A DNA stretch of 64,000 nt, from NCBI RefSeq assembly GCF_018350175.1, contig NC_058368.1:188048001-188112000 (forward strand), in the 5' to 3' direction. The position numbers and the translations under genes were made by a program. This document shows, piece by piece, positions 24,720 to 37,285 of this stretch. Positions within the stretch are counted from its first letter, which is position 1. The number at the start of each line of letters is the position of its first letter. The stretch comes from Felis catus (lineage: Eukaryota). The notes beneath the pieces are model-generated. The model was not told where the DNA came from. It saw only the letters and a program-made list of their open reading frames with translations, and ran no database searches.

Positions 24720-25960
24720 TAGCCACATTTGGGTTGAACGAGAGTTCGTCATATCTGTCCCTGATATTAACCTGGGAAGGGTAACGAATGCACGGTGTGA
24801 TGGAATTGGGATCCCCAAATCATCGTAGGTAAGAATCATGGGTAAAATCCACAAGATGAAATTGAACAGGAGTAAATGTTAAGGTACAGTGTTGAGATTT
24901 CCAGAACCAATTACATAAACAGATTAGGAAGGTGTGACCTGATAATTGTCCTTCTGCTAAAAGATTGTATATCCTGGAAGTTGGTTGAGAGTAAGTCTAA
25001 TATGAGCTAACGTAAAATGACTGCTACAAATATGGTGTGGCTAATAATTTGAGATTTTATTAATGGAAATCTAGTGAAATCTAATTTCAAGTCTATGGAC
25101 TCTGATGGGGCAGCACAATTATAGAGGGAGGGAGGGAAAAAGAGAGAAGGCAGGAAAGATACAGACTGAGAGTATGAGAGAGAGAAACTTAAATTATGTG
25201 GAAGCTTTGCCTGCCCTGCCATTCAATGAGTGTGTGTGCCTCAGTTGAGTAAGAGCTAGGATTTGTTATATTCACTTTGCTAGTTTCATCTCCTTTGTGT
25301 CTCTCAAAGTATGAATACTTGCCTGTACTAAGTCTGACTCTGTTCTATATAGGTACAAAGTACAAATACCACGTATTAAAGTGCAAGCAATTGATTTGTG
25401 ATCAAAGAGCATGATCTGTTCTAGCATTGGCGGAAAACTGTAGGTGTTGGTTTCCTGAGAGGTGATAATGCTGTTCTCCAAAGTGACACCTCTTTTCAAG
25501 GGTAATTTAGGTGGCATTCAGGGTTTGCTCACTTCCTACGTGAGCTATGATTCCACTCTGTAGTGTCAGAATAGATGGATGTGATGGTTTTGCTCTAATT
25601 CGAGAGGGGTGTTGACAAGTCAGAGCCCACAAGGAGGAGGGTGAAATGCCATTAGAACAGTTGACGGAACTGGGATGTTTTGCCTGTAGAATGGGAGCTT
25701 GAGAGGATTACAAAAATTGTCCTTGAGTATCTAAAGGGCTGTAATGTGCCGGGATTTGCTCCTTCTGTATTGTTGCAGGAATGAGGTCAGATAGCCTGTG
25801 GAAGGTACATGTGACCTGATACAGGGATGATTTTTCTAAAAGTTTAGCACAAAAAGTGGAGTAGGTCACTCTCACAAGGTAGTGAGCTCCCCGTCCTTGA
25901 GGGAACCTAGCAAGAACTGAATAACCCAATGGAAAATGGGTCCGAGATGTTTACAGGAGG
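24720..25960 (+). mobile_element. L3/CR1 LINE, 3' part of ORF2 and tail, in two blocks (about 24720-25070 and 25460-25960)
   Basis: aagatgaaattgaacaggagtaaatgttaagg...taagtctaatatgag; gaacagttgacggaactgggatgttttgcctg...gagtatctaaagggctgt...aggtagtgagctccccgtccttgagg. Confidence 0.7.
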
Positions 25961-26084
25961 TTTTTGTTCTGTTAGCAAGCTTCTATTCTCCCTTCTTTTG
26001 GTTATTATACCTGAGTTTACTCTAAGAACTCCTGACAAAAAGTCTACTCCCAGTTTATGTGTTTTGGGTAAAATGATGTTGACT

Positions 26085-26480
26085 TCATCCTTGGCTTCCT
26101 GGATGAGGCTGTGGGATTCAGGTCTGACCTCTTGCCCCTCTGGCTACAGTGATGGGCTAGGGTGGGCACGTGACTTACTTCTGGCCAAAGAGATTTGTTG
26201 AGCAAGAAGCATGGCTCTCTTTTCCATTTGGGTTTGAAGCAGGAAAAATACGTGCCAGAAAAGGATAACCCTCTTGACACCATGATGAACTTGAGAATGG
26301 AGAAATCATGAAGGGGAGTAGAGCCAAGAGCTGGAGAGGGACCAGGTTCTGAGGGCCATGACACCATGCCTGAAGTTAGCAGTCCTGCAGGACCTATCAC
26401 TTATGCGAGCCAATACATCCCATTCCGTGGGTAGACACTTTGAGTAGGGTTACCTATAGCTCACAAAGAGTCCTTGATAG
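26085..26480 (+). mobile_element. MLT1 (MaLR) LTR, old K/L-like subfamily
   Basis: ctggctacagtgatgggctagggtgggcacgtgac...ccatgcctgaagttag...tatgcgagccaatacatccc. Confidence 0.55.
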
Positions 26481-27264
26481 CTATGATATGTGCAGTGCGG
26501 TTATAGTCTATGATTCTCCATGTGGTGAATTACAATGTTATTTACCCATTTATCTCTCAGACATATCAGTGGAGGAGCTAAATGCCATCAGTGAGCCTCC
26601 TGAGCAAGAAATACAATGTAAGTGGTAGAAAATTCCTGCGCACAGAGCTGGAACCCATTTCTGTTAAATGCTTCTGGATGTATCTCCTCTTATTCTAGAG
26701 GTAGAAGCAGCAGTTGAAAAGAAAAGTAGCATTTGATGTTAATATTCTTGGGTGTTACAAAAGCCACTTCAAATTCTTAGTTCATAGTTACTAACTTAAC
26801 CAGAACTGCCACATGCCATCATACGTGGGTACTGATGGTGGGATAAGTAGGGCCTGTAATGTGAGAGGTTGAAATTGCACCAAAGGAATTTAATGAGCTC
26901 AGATACAACAAGAGCAGGGGGCAGAAAGATTATGGATTCATCTAATCCCAGAGATGAAAAGGACGCCTGCATGAACTCCAAGGCTATATGACTTGATAGT
27001 GTGCTTTCAGTACAGTTGGAGACCTTGGAGTGCCCTTAGTGGCTTCTAATTCCAAGCTTCGTTCTTTCTCCTTCATCACTGAAAACAGGAAGACCAATTC
27101 AGAGTGATTGCACATTCACTCAGTAAATATTATGGATGCTGGCTGAGACTTTCAGGTGCTGGGAATACTGCAAAGAACAAACTAAGTCCCTGTCCTCATG
27201 GAGTGCACACTTTGTGGGGAGAGACATGTACGTAAACGAACAACGTTCAGTATAACTTCGCTTA

Positions 27265-27735
27265 GTGTGTCAGTTTCCTGTTGCTGCTGTAACAAATTAC
27301 CATGCATTTAGTGGCTTAAAAACCCCAAAGTTATTCTTTTATGGTTCTGGAGGTCAGAAGTCTGGTATGGGCGTTACTGGGTTAAAATCAAGGTATTGGC
27401 AGAAGTGTGTTTCCCTAACAGGCTCTAAGGGAGAACCTGTGTCCTCACCTTTTCCAGCTTCTAGAGGCTGCTCCAATTCCTTGGCTTATTCCTTCCACTT
27501 TCACTCAGACCTCTGCTTCTGCCGTCAGAGCTCCTTCTCTGACTCCAACTCTCCTGCCTCCCTCTTACAAGGATCCTTATGTTTACATTGGGCCCACTTG
27601 GATAATCTAGGGTAATCCCAGCATTTCAAGATTCTCCATCCCACCTGCAAAGTCCCTTTTGCCCCATAACATGACATATTCACAGGCTCCAGGGTTTAGG
27701 GTGTTACTTTTGGGGGCCACTCTTCACCTCACCAC
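27265..27735 (-). mobile_element. MLT1 (MLT1D-like) solo LTR
   Basis: tcagtttcctgttgctgctgtaacaaattacca...ttctggaggtcagaagtc...gggttaaaatcaaggt...tacattgggcccact...ctgcaaagtcccttttgcc. Confidence 0.85.
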
Positions 27736-28057
27736 AGGTCGCTGTAGGTGTTATGAAGAAAATTAAAACAAGGTGAAGGAGAAGAGAGTGGGGTCGGGAG
27801 AAGGCCCTCTGTGGCAGTAACATCTGTGCTGAATCACGAAGTGCGGGGGTGAGCTGTGGAACAGCTGGGAGGAAAGACTTTCCGCCAGAGGGACCGGTGA
27901 GGGCAAAGCCTCTGAAGCGGAACGAGTGGGGCTACCTGAAGAACCGGAAGAAGGGCTGAGGCTGGAGCCGAGGAAGCAAGGATTGTGGAAAACAAGGGGG
28001 TTGGTGAGGCAGGTCGGGCCTTGCGTGTGGGCTAGGTGTTCCCACTAAAGGTTTGGA

Positions 28058-28286
28058 TTTTTTTTTTAATTTTTTTAATGCTTGTTTTTGAGAGAGAGAG
28101 AGAGAGGACGGGCAGACCGAGTGTGAGCGGGGGAGGGGCGGAGAGCGAGGGAGACAGAATCTGAAGTAGGTTCCAGGCTTTGAGCTGCCAGCACAGAGCC
28201 TGACGTGGGACTCGAACCTGAGAACCATGAGATCATGACCTGAGCTGAAGTCGGATGGTGAATCGACTGAGCCACCCAGGCGCCCC
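28058..28286 (-). mobile_element. Felid Can-SINE (SINEC_Fc-type)
   Basis: ggagacagaatctgaagtaggttccaggctttgagctg...gactgagccacccaggcgcccc. Confidence 0.95.
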
Positions 28287-28666
28287 TGGACTTTATTCCA
28301 AGTGTGATCAGAAAAGGTTGGAAGGCTTTGGTCAAGGAAATGACACGATCTGACTCAATGCTAGAGGAGACCCTTCTGGCTGTTGTGTGAACAGGCCCTG
28401 GGGGCCTGGGCAGGGGTGGAGGCAGAGAGAGGAGTTGAGGCTCCTGCTGTCCGAGGGAGGGGTGATGGCGTAGCCTATGGGGTCGGGTGGAGGCACTGAA
28501 AGTGGTCAGGTCTGGGCCATGTCTTGCTCTTGGAGCCGACAGGACTTGCCGGTGGACTGCGTGTGGATTGTGAGGGGAGGAGACGTGTCGAGGGTGACAT
28601 GTTTTCAACTTGAGAACCTGGGTGAGTGGGGTGCCATTTGGGCTACAAGAAAGCACAGCAGGGAGG

Positions 28667-28708
<42 letters not shown>

Positions 28709-29879
28709 GAGAGTCAGGGAAGAAAATCAAGAATTCTGCTTTGGACATTTTACATTTGAAATGCCTAAAAGGCATTAAGAGGCGGTGTTGAGTGAGACGT
28801 TAGATAATCCAAGTCTGAAATTCGAAGGAAATGCTGGAGCAGGAGACACAAGTTTGGGAGCGAGCATATGGATGGTATTTAAAGCCACAGGACTGGGGGA
28901 GATCATCCAGAGAGCGAGGAGAGAAGCTGGAGAGAAGAGGGCACAAAGCAGAGCCCCTGGGGGTCTTCCAACAGAGAGGTCAGAAGGACGCAGCAGTAAA
29001 AGAAATAGAGAAGGAGGTGCAGAGTTGATAGAAACCCCAGGGGAGAATGGGGGCCCTGATGCCTAGTGAAAATAAAAGGAGGGGTGGTCAGTTGTGCCAC
29101 ATGCTTCTGGTCGTTCAAGGAACACTTGCGAGTGAGGGCTAGGGACCGGCCACCCATTGGGTTGGTGACATGGAGGTGTCCAGACACCTCTAGGGGAGAT
29201 GTTTCTGCAGAATGGAGAGCTGGAAGCCTGGCTGAAGAGGATGACAAGGATGATGCATGGGCAGGGATTGAAGGTGGCGAGCAGAGACAACTTTTTCGAG
29301 AGGTTTGCCCTAGGTTAGGGGAGACAGGAAAGATGGCAGTTGCTGGAGGCGGAGGCAGATGCGGGTGCCGGGGCAATGGGAGATATTGCAGTGAGGCTGC
29401 AGGCCTAGGGAATGGTCCAGTGAAGAAGGAAAGGCTGGTCACATAGGAACACACAGGGAACAAGGTGTCAGCAAGGTCCCTGAATAGGAGAGAAGCAATG
29501 CGGTCCCTTGCGTTGGCCCTAGTTGGGTGATCAGTGGGGATTGGAGGTTTGTGGCCTGAAAGTTAGAGTAAGACTAGTCAGCCTTGTCTGTGTCTTCTTT
29601 TTCAGTCACAGTGAGGTAGCTGCTTGGGGTGGCAGGAAGTTGGGTTAATTCAGGGCTGGGGTTTTGCCAGGAGGCTATGCAGATGGTTGAGGGTATTAGC
29701 AGCGATCAGAGGGAGGGCTGAGGGGGAAGTGAGGAGCCTGAGGTTTTGAGCAAGGTGTGATCCCAGCCCAATGTGAATGCAGCTCAGAATTGTGCAGACT
29801 TCCGAGGAGTCTCTGAACCTCTGGCTTTCTTCTCGTCCTGCTCCCTCTTCCTAACTGCCCATTCCTCCAACCCAAGGCG

Positions 29880-30045
29880 GGTGGTGTTTCTCAGTGATGG
29901 AGAAACACCTGGTGCCTGTTGAAAAGGCAGATCTCTGGGTCCTATCCATGACTGACTTCATTCAAATCTTTGGAGACAGGCCCACTGTTTACATTGGAAG
30001 CAAAGGCCCTGGTGCTCCCAGCTTCACTGGGTTGAGGACCAATGC
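29880..30045. mobile_element. MER5-like hAT-Charlie element
   Basis: gaaacacctggtgcctgttgaaaaggcagatctctgggtcctatcc...gttgaggaccaatg. Confidence 0.5.
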
Positions 30046-30689
30046 CTTGGGAGCTTCAGCTTGCTTTTAAAAGTAACCTTCACTTAATTCTTGGCTTGAG
30101 GTCATATGAGCAACTTGATGTGGAGAAACTGCCAGGAAATTTTGATTCTTTGACCATTCTTCCTTCTAACGAGCACTGCACCTTCTTCTTTTTTTTTTTT
30201 TTTTAATTTCCCATCCCTTCTGAAAAGCTGACATTGAGTACTGTGCTTCCAGTGGAAATGCCTGAAAGCTGCTAATATTTGGGATCTGGAGGTTCCTGGG
30301 GTGTGGAGTGTTTGGCTAAGAAAGCGGAGCGTTGTGGGCTCATGAAGAAACTCAAAGGACATATTCTTGTCTCCTTGAAAGTTTATTTCCCAACAGGAAA
30401 GCCATCTGTTTTTCCACTACCAGCCTCAGCTCGGCAATATATGAAAGCTGGTTTGTCCCTCCCTTTTGGCCATGAACTCATGCCATTTGGCTTCACAGAG
30501 GTATCCATTATACTCAGAAAGTTATTTCACATAAGGTGTAAAATGTTAAAACGAGGGCTTGCAGGGGACAAGTTCAAGTAGATTTGTCCCTCTTGTCAAT
30601 GGGTCAGTATCAGTTGCTGTGAGAATCATTGTCTTTGCTCCACTGGTGGCCAGGCTACCCTGGTCTGCTTTCAATTTCTTTTTCAGGCC

Positions 30690-31075
30690 AGGGTCTTTGC
30701 ATATGCCCCAGGGCCTTTGCATACACCATTTCCTCTATCTGCAAGTCTCCTCCCTCAGTTCACAGGGCTGGTTCCCTTTCATTCTTCAGTCCTCTGTTTA
30801 AATATCTCCTCCTCAGAGAGGCTTCTTTGACTACCACATTTCCTACAGGTCTTTGGAGCACTGCCCCCTCCCCCATTTCTTATCTCAGCACCATATTTGT
30901 TTCCTTTATTGCTCTTCTTACAGTTTGTAATTATTATTTATTTACTTAATTATCACCTACATCCTCCAATAGATAGTAATCAATAAGAGAGCAAGGCGTA
31001 GTCTGCTTTGTCCCTCATTTTGTTCCCAGGGCCTGGCACATCATAGGTCCTTAATTTATTGATTGATTAATTTAA
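30690..31075 (+). mobile_element. L2 LINE 3' end
   Basis: cccagggcctttgcatac...aaatatctcctcctcagagaggcttctttgactacc...gggcctggcacatcatagg. Confidence 0.8.
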
Positions 31076-31134
31076 ATGCACTCAGTACAGGGAGTGATGT
31101 GATTAAAATACATTCAGGTTCATATTCCTTCAGT

Positions 31135-31626
31135 ACCAGTTAGGATTAAGTTCAGCAGAAGATGACAGAAAACTAAAAACAACAGAGGCTTGAACAAGAT
31201 AGGACTTTATTTCTTTCTCTGGTATGATGGTTCCATGGCAACCCAGACTCAGGTTTCTTCAAGCATTTAGATGATAGGCTATGGGTATGGCATTGTACCC
31301 AAGGTCTAAGATGACACCTAGAGTTCTAGCCATCACATGCGTAATTTGAGGCAGAAGTTTAGAAAAAGAGGTGAAACATATGATTGAAAAGAGGGCCCAT
31401 GCCAGCCACCTTTCAAGAAAGTTTCCCAGAAGCTATCATCACAATATTTCTGACTCCGTTTCACTGGCTAGTACTTAGTCACATGGCTATATCTATCCAC
31501 AAGGAAGCCTGGGAAATGTAATTCTTTTGGGAGGCACATTTCTACTCTAAGTAAAATTTGAGGTTTTGTTAACAAGGATGATAAGAGATACGATACCTGG
31601 GTAGGCATCTCTCGATCTCTGCCATA
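31135..31626 (-). mobile_element. MLT1 (J/K-like) LTR
   Basis: cagttaggattaagttcagc...aacagaggcttgaacaagata...acttagtcacatggctatatctatccacaaggaagcctgggaaatgta. Confidence 0.65.
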
Positions 31627-34474
31627 TGTCTCCTGCTCACAAACCTTCAATGGCTGCCCAGTACTTAGGTCAGGAATTTTTAACCAGGACTATGTACCAG
31701 AAACATTTTGGAAACTTTTTCAAAAGACAGATTCTTGGGTTTCAACCTCTGAGATTCAGTAGATCTGGGGAGGGGTTTGCTGTTGGGGCTTGAGAGGGTT
31801 AGTCATATTTTGTCCCCAACTTCACTGCAAGCCTAAGTTCTAGACCATTTGAGGAATCAGGCAAGTGAGGATCAAAAACTTGCCTTTCTTCTCTATAAGG
31901 CTGTTTGGAGAATGTAACTTTGAGCTGTACTGACCAATAGGTTTTCTAGCACTTCCATCCCCAGATTAGGCTGAATTATCTGGTTGTAGGTGTAGTAGGA
32001 TCCCCATGTGCCTCTTTGTGGAGAGGACCTTTGCCTCTGAAACTGGTGGGAGCAGGCCACAGCACAGGTGCTCTGTGGGCAGGCAGGTCCATAGGCACTG
32101 AGCCACCACACCCATTTCCCCTTCCAAACCCACTGATAAGATGAGTTGTGCCTGTTTCCCATCCACTTCCAGGGCAGGCATGAATAGGAGGGAGGCAAGA
32201 GACCAGGAGGGTTGCTATGGGAAAGCTGAAGAGTGGGGAGCAGTGTAAAGGCCCCTAAACTGCATCCTAAAGCCCAAGTTCCCTGGCAAAGCATCTGAGC
32301 ACTTTTGTGATCAGCCTGGGACCCATGCCTGCAGCTTTCCTTCTTCTTGTTCCCTCTGCTCCAATATTTTCTTACCCCAGTGCCTTTATTCATGCTATTT
32401 TCCTGCCTGGAGGGCCCTTCCTTTTTACCTCTGCATGTTGCACTCCAACCTCCTTCAGAGTCCAGAGCTAATGCCGTATCCTCCAGAAGGTCCCCATCAA
32501 CCCCATCGCACCTCTCTTTGCTCTGTGTTCCCATAGCATCTTGTCCCACCACTTACACCATCTTCTCATTATCAAGCATCTGTGATAGACACTGCTAATT
32601 GCCTACTAGGGAAACAACAAGAGGGAGGTTCATGTGAAAAAATATAGGACACTTGGAGGGTTGGGAGGTAAGCACAGGACAACCTTTGGTGCAGCCTGGT
32701 GGCTTCCCCCATCAGACCAGACATGTGTTCTCTGGTCATTATCAACCTTACCACGCCCTACATTTATTATAGGTATATAATATACCTAATATATAGGTAC
32801 ATACATTTATTATAGGGTCCTCACATAATTATATTACCTGTCTGACCCTTGTAGAGGTTTGGCCTTGTGATCTGTGTTCTACAGCCCCCCTCCCCCCCGG
32901 GCCATGGCTGAGCCCACCTTGCCTGCAATATTTCCAGAGATAGAGAAATGTTCTCTTATAGGTCAGCCCATGGCCTTGCAAACACCACCATTAATCTTCC
33001 TGTAACCTGCACCGAGTGGCCCAAGTCCCATCTCTTGAGGTCACACAGAATACATTGCCTGTCTCTTGCACATGACAGGTCTTCTGACATCTAAAGTCAG
33101 ACATGTCACCACTGTTTCAATGTCCTCTCAAAGATAAGCACACAGTAACTATTAATTGTTTTGTGATGATGTTAATAAAGTTACGACTGATTGTTAAATG
33201 CCAGCTGTGAGCATCTAACAAATGAAGTAGGCCTGGGTCAGCTAAAGGAAATCAGAGTGTCAGAATTCTATGGGCATTTTAGAAATCGTTAGCCCAGGGA
33301 TGACAGATAGCTTCATGTGCTCATTGATAAATGGGGAGTGGCTGCTTGGAGCGTGGTGCTGGTTCTCTGGCATATCTGGGCTCACTGGGAGGGGATTCTG
33401 GGATGGATCAATAATGGCTGCCAGGAAGAGGGATAAGGAGACAGTGCAGGGTTGAATTTTCTTCCTTGTGACCACACTGCCTCACTGCTGTTGGTGTCTT
33501 CCAGGGCTATTCAGAGGCCACTAACGTCTTGTCTTACCAAGACGTTAATGGGGTTTTTCTTACTGTTCCCTTATTTTCTTACCTATTGACTCTCTTGCCA
33601 CTTCTTCCAAAGGCTGTTTAGGCATTAATCTGCCTATGCATCTCTTTCCCTAGTTACATAAGAAAGAATCATCCGGCTTCTTCCGCTGCCATTCTTTTTG
33701 GAAAAGCACAATAATCAGTCTCTAATGAGCTTGTGACTCTGAACCGAGGTATAATAATTTCGGTGACTGTGCGCTTCCGTTGATGGAAATATATTTATTT
33801 TAGAAGCTGATGACCTGTGGGAAAAGACTATTATTCTAAATATCATGATGAGGTCATGGGAGCTCATGGAGGGCTTGGGGAGAGGGGGAGGAGAGGGGAG
33901 AGATCCAGTGAAAATTAGAATTGCATATGAATGAAAATAGACTGCTTTCTGTTCTGTTCTGCTGTCAAGAGATTCTGGTTTTATGATTCTTTAGGGGTGT
34001 TGAAGCAAAGTGTACACAGATGGGAGAAGTTTCTTGAGGCTGGTTCACCTCTTTGTCCAGGGCTCCATTAGGTGACACCCCTCGCGGTAGCTGAGGTCAA
34101 CCTGAGGTTCCAGAATGGAGGACTCATAGGAGTGGAGAATGGGATGGCCAGTGGTTGTGTTTCACATCTTTATAGGATCTTAGACATTTTCCTGTACTGC
34201 CATTTTACCTTCTATTATATAAAAGCTGGAGCGCAAAAAACGAATAAACAAGCAGAAGTGCATAGGTCCCCATAATTCCATCCCTCAGTCATTACCACTA
34301 AGCATATATACACTGCCCCATATATAGTATGTATACACATGCACACACACATGCACACACATATCTGTTTTGTAAGATGGGGTGATAGTAGACCCAGTCT
34401 TTAATTTTCTACTGTATAGTATGTTGTGATCATCTTCCTTGGTCAACAAATGCAGATCTGTGATGTTGTATTGC

Positions 34475-35028
34475 ACATTCACTGATTGCCTTCCAAACAG
34501 CAATTCCTACCTTCCTGTTTCTTAACAGAATGTAGAATTTCTAAGCCAAGTGGTTTAGGTGAGTCATCCTACCCCAAGCTCCAGGATGGACATTGATTAG
34601 ATTGTGCCAATCAGCTTATTTTATTAACCAGACTTTGGCAATTGGTTCAGAGATGAGCACTTCACCCCGTTTGGACCCAAGAGGAGACATTTGCTGAGGG
34701 CTTCTGAGATAGAAAGTTTCTCTCTCTTTCATGGAAGTGTTTGGAATTGACATTTTCTTTCACCTCAGGTGGTGTAACATAAGATGGTGGGACTAGAAGT
34801 CCAGTGACCATTATTACTCATAGGAGGGGTTCTAACTGACACTGAAACTGTAAGACAGAGTTGAGAGAATGGCAGGAAACATGAGTCAGAGCTCAGACTC
34901 CTTCAAGAACCTCTGGATCAAACCATGCCTGAGACTCATGCCACTTCTAGACTTTCAGTTCAATGAGTCAATAATTCAAGCTTATTTGAGTCATATTACT
35001 GATAGCCCAAAGCATCCCAAATAATACA
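34475..35028 (+). mobile_element. MLT1 (K-like) LTR
   Basis: ttggttcagagatgagcac...ctggatcaaaccatgcctga...ctagactttcagtt...caaagcatcccaaataataca. Confidence 0.65.
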
Positions 35029-35297
35029 TTCATTTAAAATTGTATTAAAATAGTATTAAAATACTATAAAAATTATATAGTATTACGTAGACGTGTTCAA
35101 AGCATTTTCATGTTTACTACCCAATTTTATCTTTAAGTGGTCTTATGAAGCAAACAAGTATCTATTCAGCAAGTGTAGAACTAAGGCCCAGAGAGGGGAC
35201 AACTGACCTATCCAAGTCAGTTAGCAGCAGAAGCAGGCTTCCTGACTTCTTGAGCAGAGCTTTAATAATCAGTTATGCCTCAATACAGAAACGTTGT

Positions 35298-35460
35298 GGG
35301 GGCACCTGGGTGGCTCAGTAGGTTAAGTGTTTGGATTTCAGCTCAGATCATGACCTCACTGTTTGTGGGTTCGAGCTCTGCATTGGGCTCTGCACTGACA
35401 GCATGGAGTCAGCTTGGGCTTCTGTCCCTCTCTCTCTCTCTCTGCCCCTCCCCTGCTCAT

Positions 35461-35504
<44 letters not shown>

Positions 35505-35541
35505 TCTCTCAAGATAAATAAATCAACTTAAAAAATAAAAA
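35298..35541 (+). mobile_element. Can-SINE
   Basis: gggggcacctgggtggctcagtaggttaag head, long (CT)n, aagataaataaa; degenerate TSD GAAA..TTGTGG. Confidence 0.95.
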
Positions 35542-35697
35542 GGGAAAGATTGTGGACTAGTGAATAAAATAATTCTGAAGAATGGGACCACATTGTTAGG
35601 TTGACAGGATGTAAAAATGACTTGTCATGTGAATCAGTTGCATCCTGGATTTGAAACCTAGGGATGTAAGGTATGAAAAGGTTTAGAGAGATTAGAG

Positions 35698-36481
35698 CAG
35701 TGGTCCTCAAATTGCAGTCTGGGATCGCCTAGTGATTCCTGAGATCTTTTCAAGAGGTTTGTGAGGTCAAAACTATTTTCATAATAATGTTAACATGATG
35801 TTTTCTCTCCCATTCTCATTCTCTCATAAGTGTATGGTGTGCTTTTCTAGAGTCTGCATGGCACGTGACATGCAACAGGCTAAGAGTGGAAGGAACTAGG
35901 CGAATCCAGCTGTCATCTATTAAGCCAGACAATTAAAGAGATTTGCAGAAATGTCAAACAATGTCACTCTTCCTACTAACTTTTTTGTTGTTGTTTAGAA
36001 AATACAGTATTTTCCAAAAATGTGTTACTTATGTTAACATGTAATGTTTTTATTATTTTTGAAAATGAATTTATAAATAAAAAATTCAATATTTTTTAGA
36101 TTTAATTTAGAATATATTAAGTATGGATAGACACAGCCTACATAGACAAAAGCTATTTGGGTCCTCAGTTTTGTGTTGTTTTTTTTTTTTTTTTAATCAG
36201 TATCTGCTAAATACCTTGTGGTAATATTATTTGTGTGTGTGTGTGTGTGTTTTAATGTTCATTTATTTATTTTTGAGAGAGAGAGCGTGAGCAGGGGCAG
36301 AGAAAGAGAAGGAGAGAGAGAATCTCAAGCAGGCCCCATGATGTCAGTGTAGCACCCGACATGGGGGTTGAACTCACAAACCGTGAGATCATGACCTGAG
36401 CTGAAGTCAGACATTTAACTAACCGACTCACCCAGGTGCCCCTGGGTCCTCACTATTTTTCAGAGTGTAAAGAGCCACTGC
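35698..36481. mobile_element. Charlie1-type (Charlie1b-like) hAT DNA transposon split by a SINE
   Basis: cagtggtcctcaaa...gaggtcaaaactattttcataataat...gaatccagctgtcatctattaagccagaca...aaagctatttgggtcctca|ctatttttcagagtgtaaag...ccactg. Confidence 0.8.
36168..36442 (-). mobile_element. Can-SINE with extended 3' tail
   Basis: SINE body about 36250-36442 (…gagatcatgacctgagctgaagtc…cccaggtgcccc); TSD TGGGTCCTCA at 36158-36167 and 36443-36452. Confidence 0.92.
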
Positions 36482-36851
36482 TCTAATCTCTAACTTTATG
36501 AGAACAAAGTTTGAGGACTGTTGGATTAAAGGACAAATATTTCAATTAGACTTCTTTCAGAAGACTCATTCAGGACAAATTGAGTATCCCGTGGCTTCTG
36601 ACACCTAGACTCCAGGAACAAAATACAATGTGAGCTGGAGAGTTTACCATTGATGGGGAATAGGATCGGTATCGCTTAAACCAGCCTATACAACTTTGCC
36701 CACAAGTTGCCTTTGGGATCAAAATGAATTTGTTTTGTGTACTTTAATCAAATCTGTCAGAAAGTGACTAGCTCTGTTCATTACTTTGTAGACACATAAA
36801 GCCATTAGGGTTCTGTGTCTTGAGAGGTAGGTCTCACACTGATGCGGCACC

Positions 36852-37285
36852 TATCAGTCAGGGTTTCTGATAGCAAGCAACAGAAGTGCACTCTGGCTAA
36901 TTGGGCAGAGAAGTTAGTTATCAAAAGGATATTAGGCGGTCTTTGAGTTGTTAGGCAGATTGGACGGCCAGGCTCAAGGCTCAGTTTCCAGGAACGATGA
37001 ATGTAACACTCCATAGAGCCGCCATGATGAGGACCACTGTACCTGCTGTTGTCTCATCACGCCCTCGAAGGAGACACTACTGCCACTGAGCCACATCTCA
37101 ACCATGCAAACTCTGTCACCCCAAAAGTCAGACCTGTCGCCAGCATTCTTGCCAGCCAAATACATCTCTTGGAAAGTCTCTTTCCTTGAGTTGCTCTCTT
37201 CAGAACTGAAGTTCATAGGGCTGTGCCTGATTGACAGAATCGGAGACACGTGCCCTCATCCATGTTGCAGGAAAGGCTGGAATTT
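36852..37285 (-). mobile_element. Old MLT1 LTR
   Basis: tatcagtcagggtttctgatagcaagcaacagaagtgcactctggctaa...gacacgtgccc...gcaggaaaggctgg. Confidence 0.55.

Larger units (their letters stand above)
27110..29330 (-). mobile_element. Long L2 LINE fragment interrupted by an MLT1 LTR, a Can-SINE and a poly-T run
   Basis: cattcactcagtaaatatt...gtccctgtcctcatggag; gacacgatctgactc...caggacttgccggtggactg; ttggacattttacatttgaaatgcct...gatggtatttaaagccacaggactggg. Confidence 0.75.

Noticed and set aside
28075..29463. ORFs of 193, 186 and 126 aa
   Set aside because: They lie within degenerate GC-rich L2 and Can-SINE sequence and show no protein similarity I can recognise.
31893..32552. Longest ORF in the track (219 aa, minus strand)
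   Set aside because: Non-ATG start, its 5' part overlaps an L2 fragment, and it has no recognisable domain; consistent with a chance ORF.
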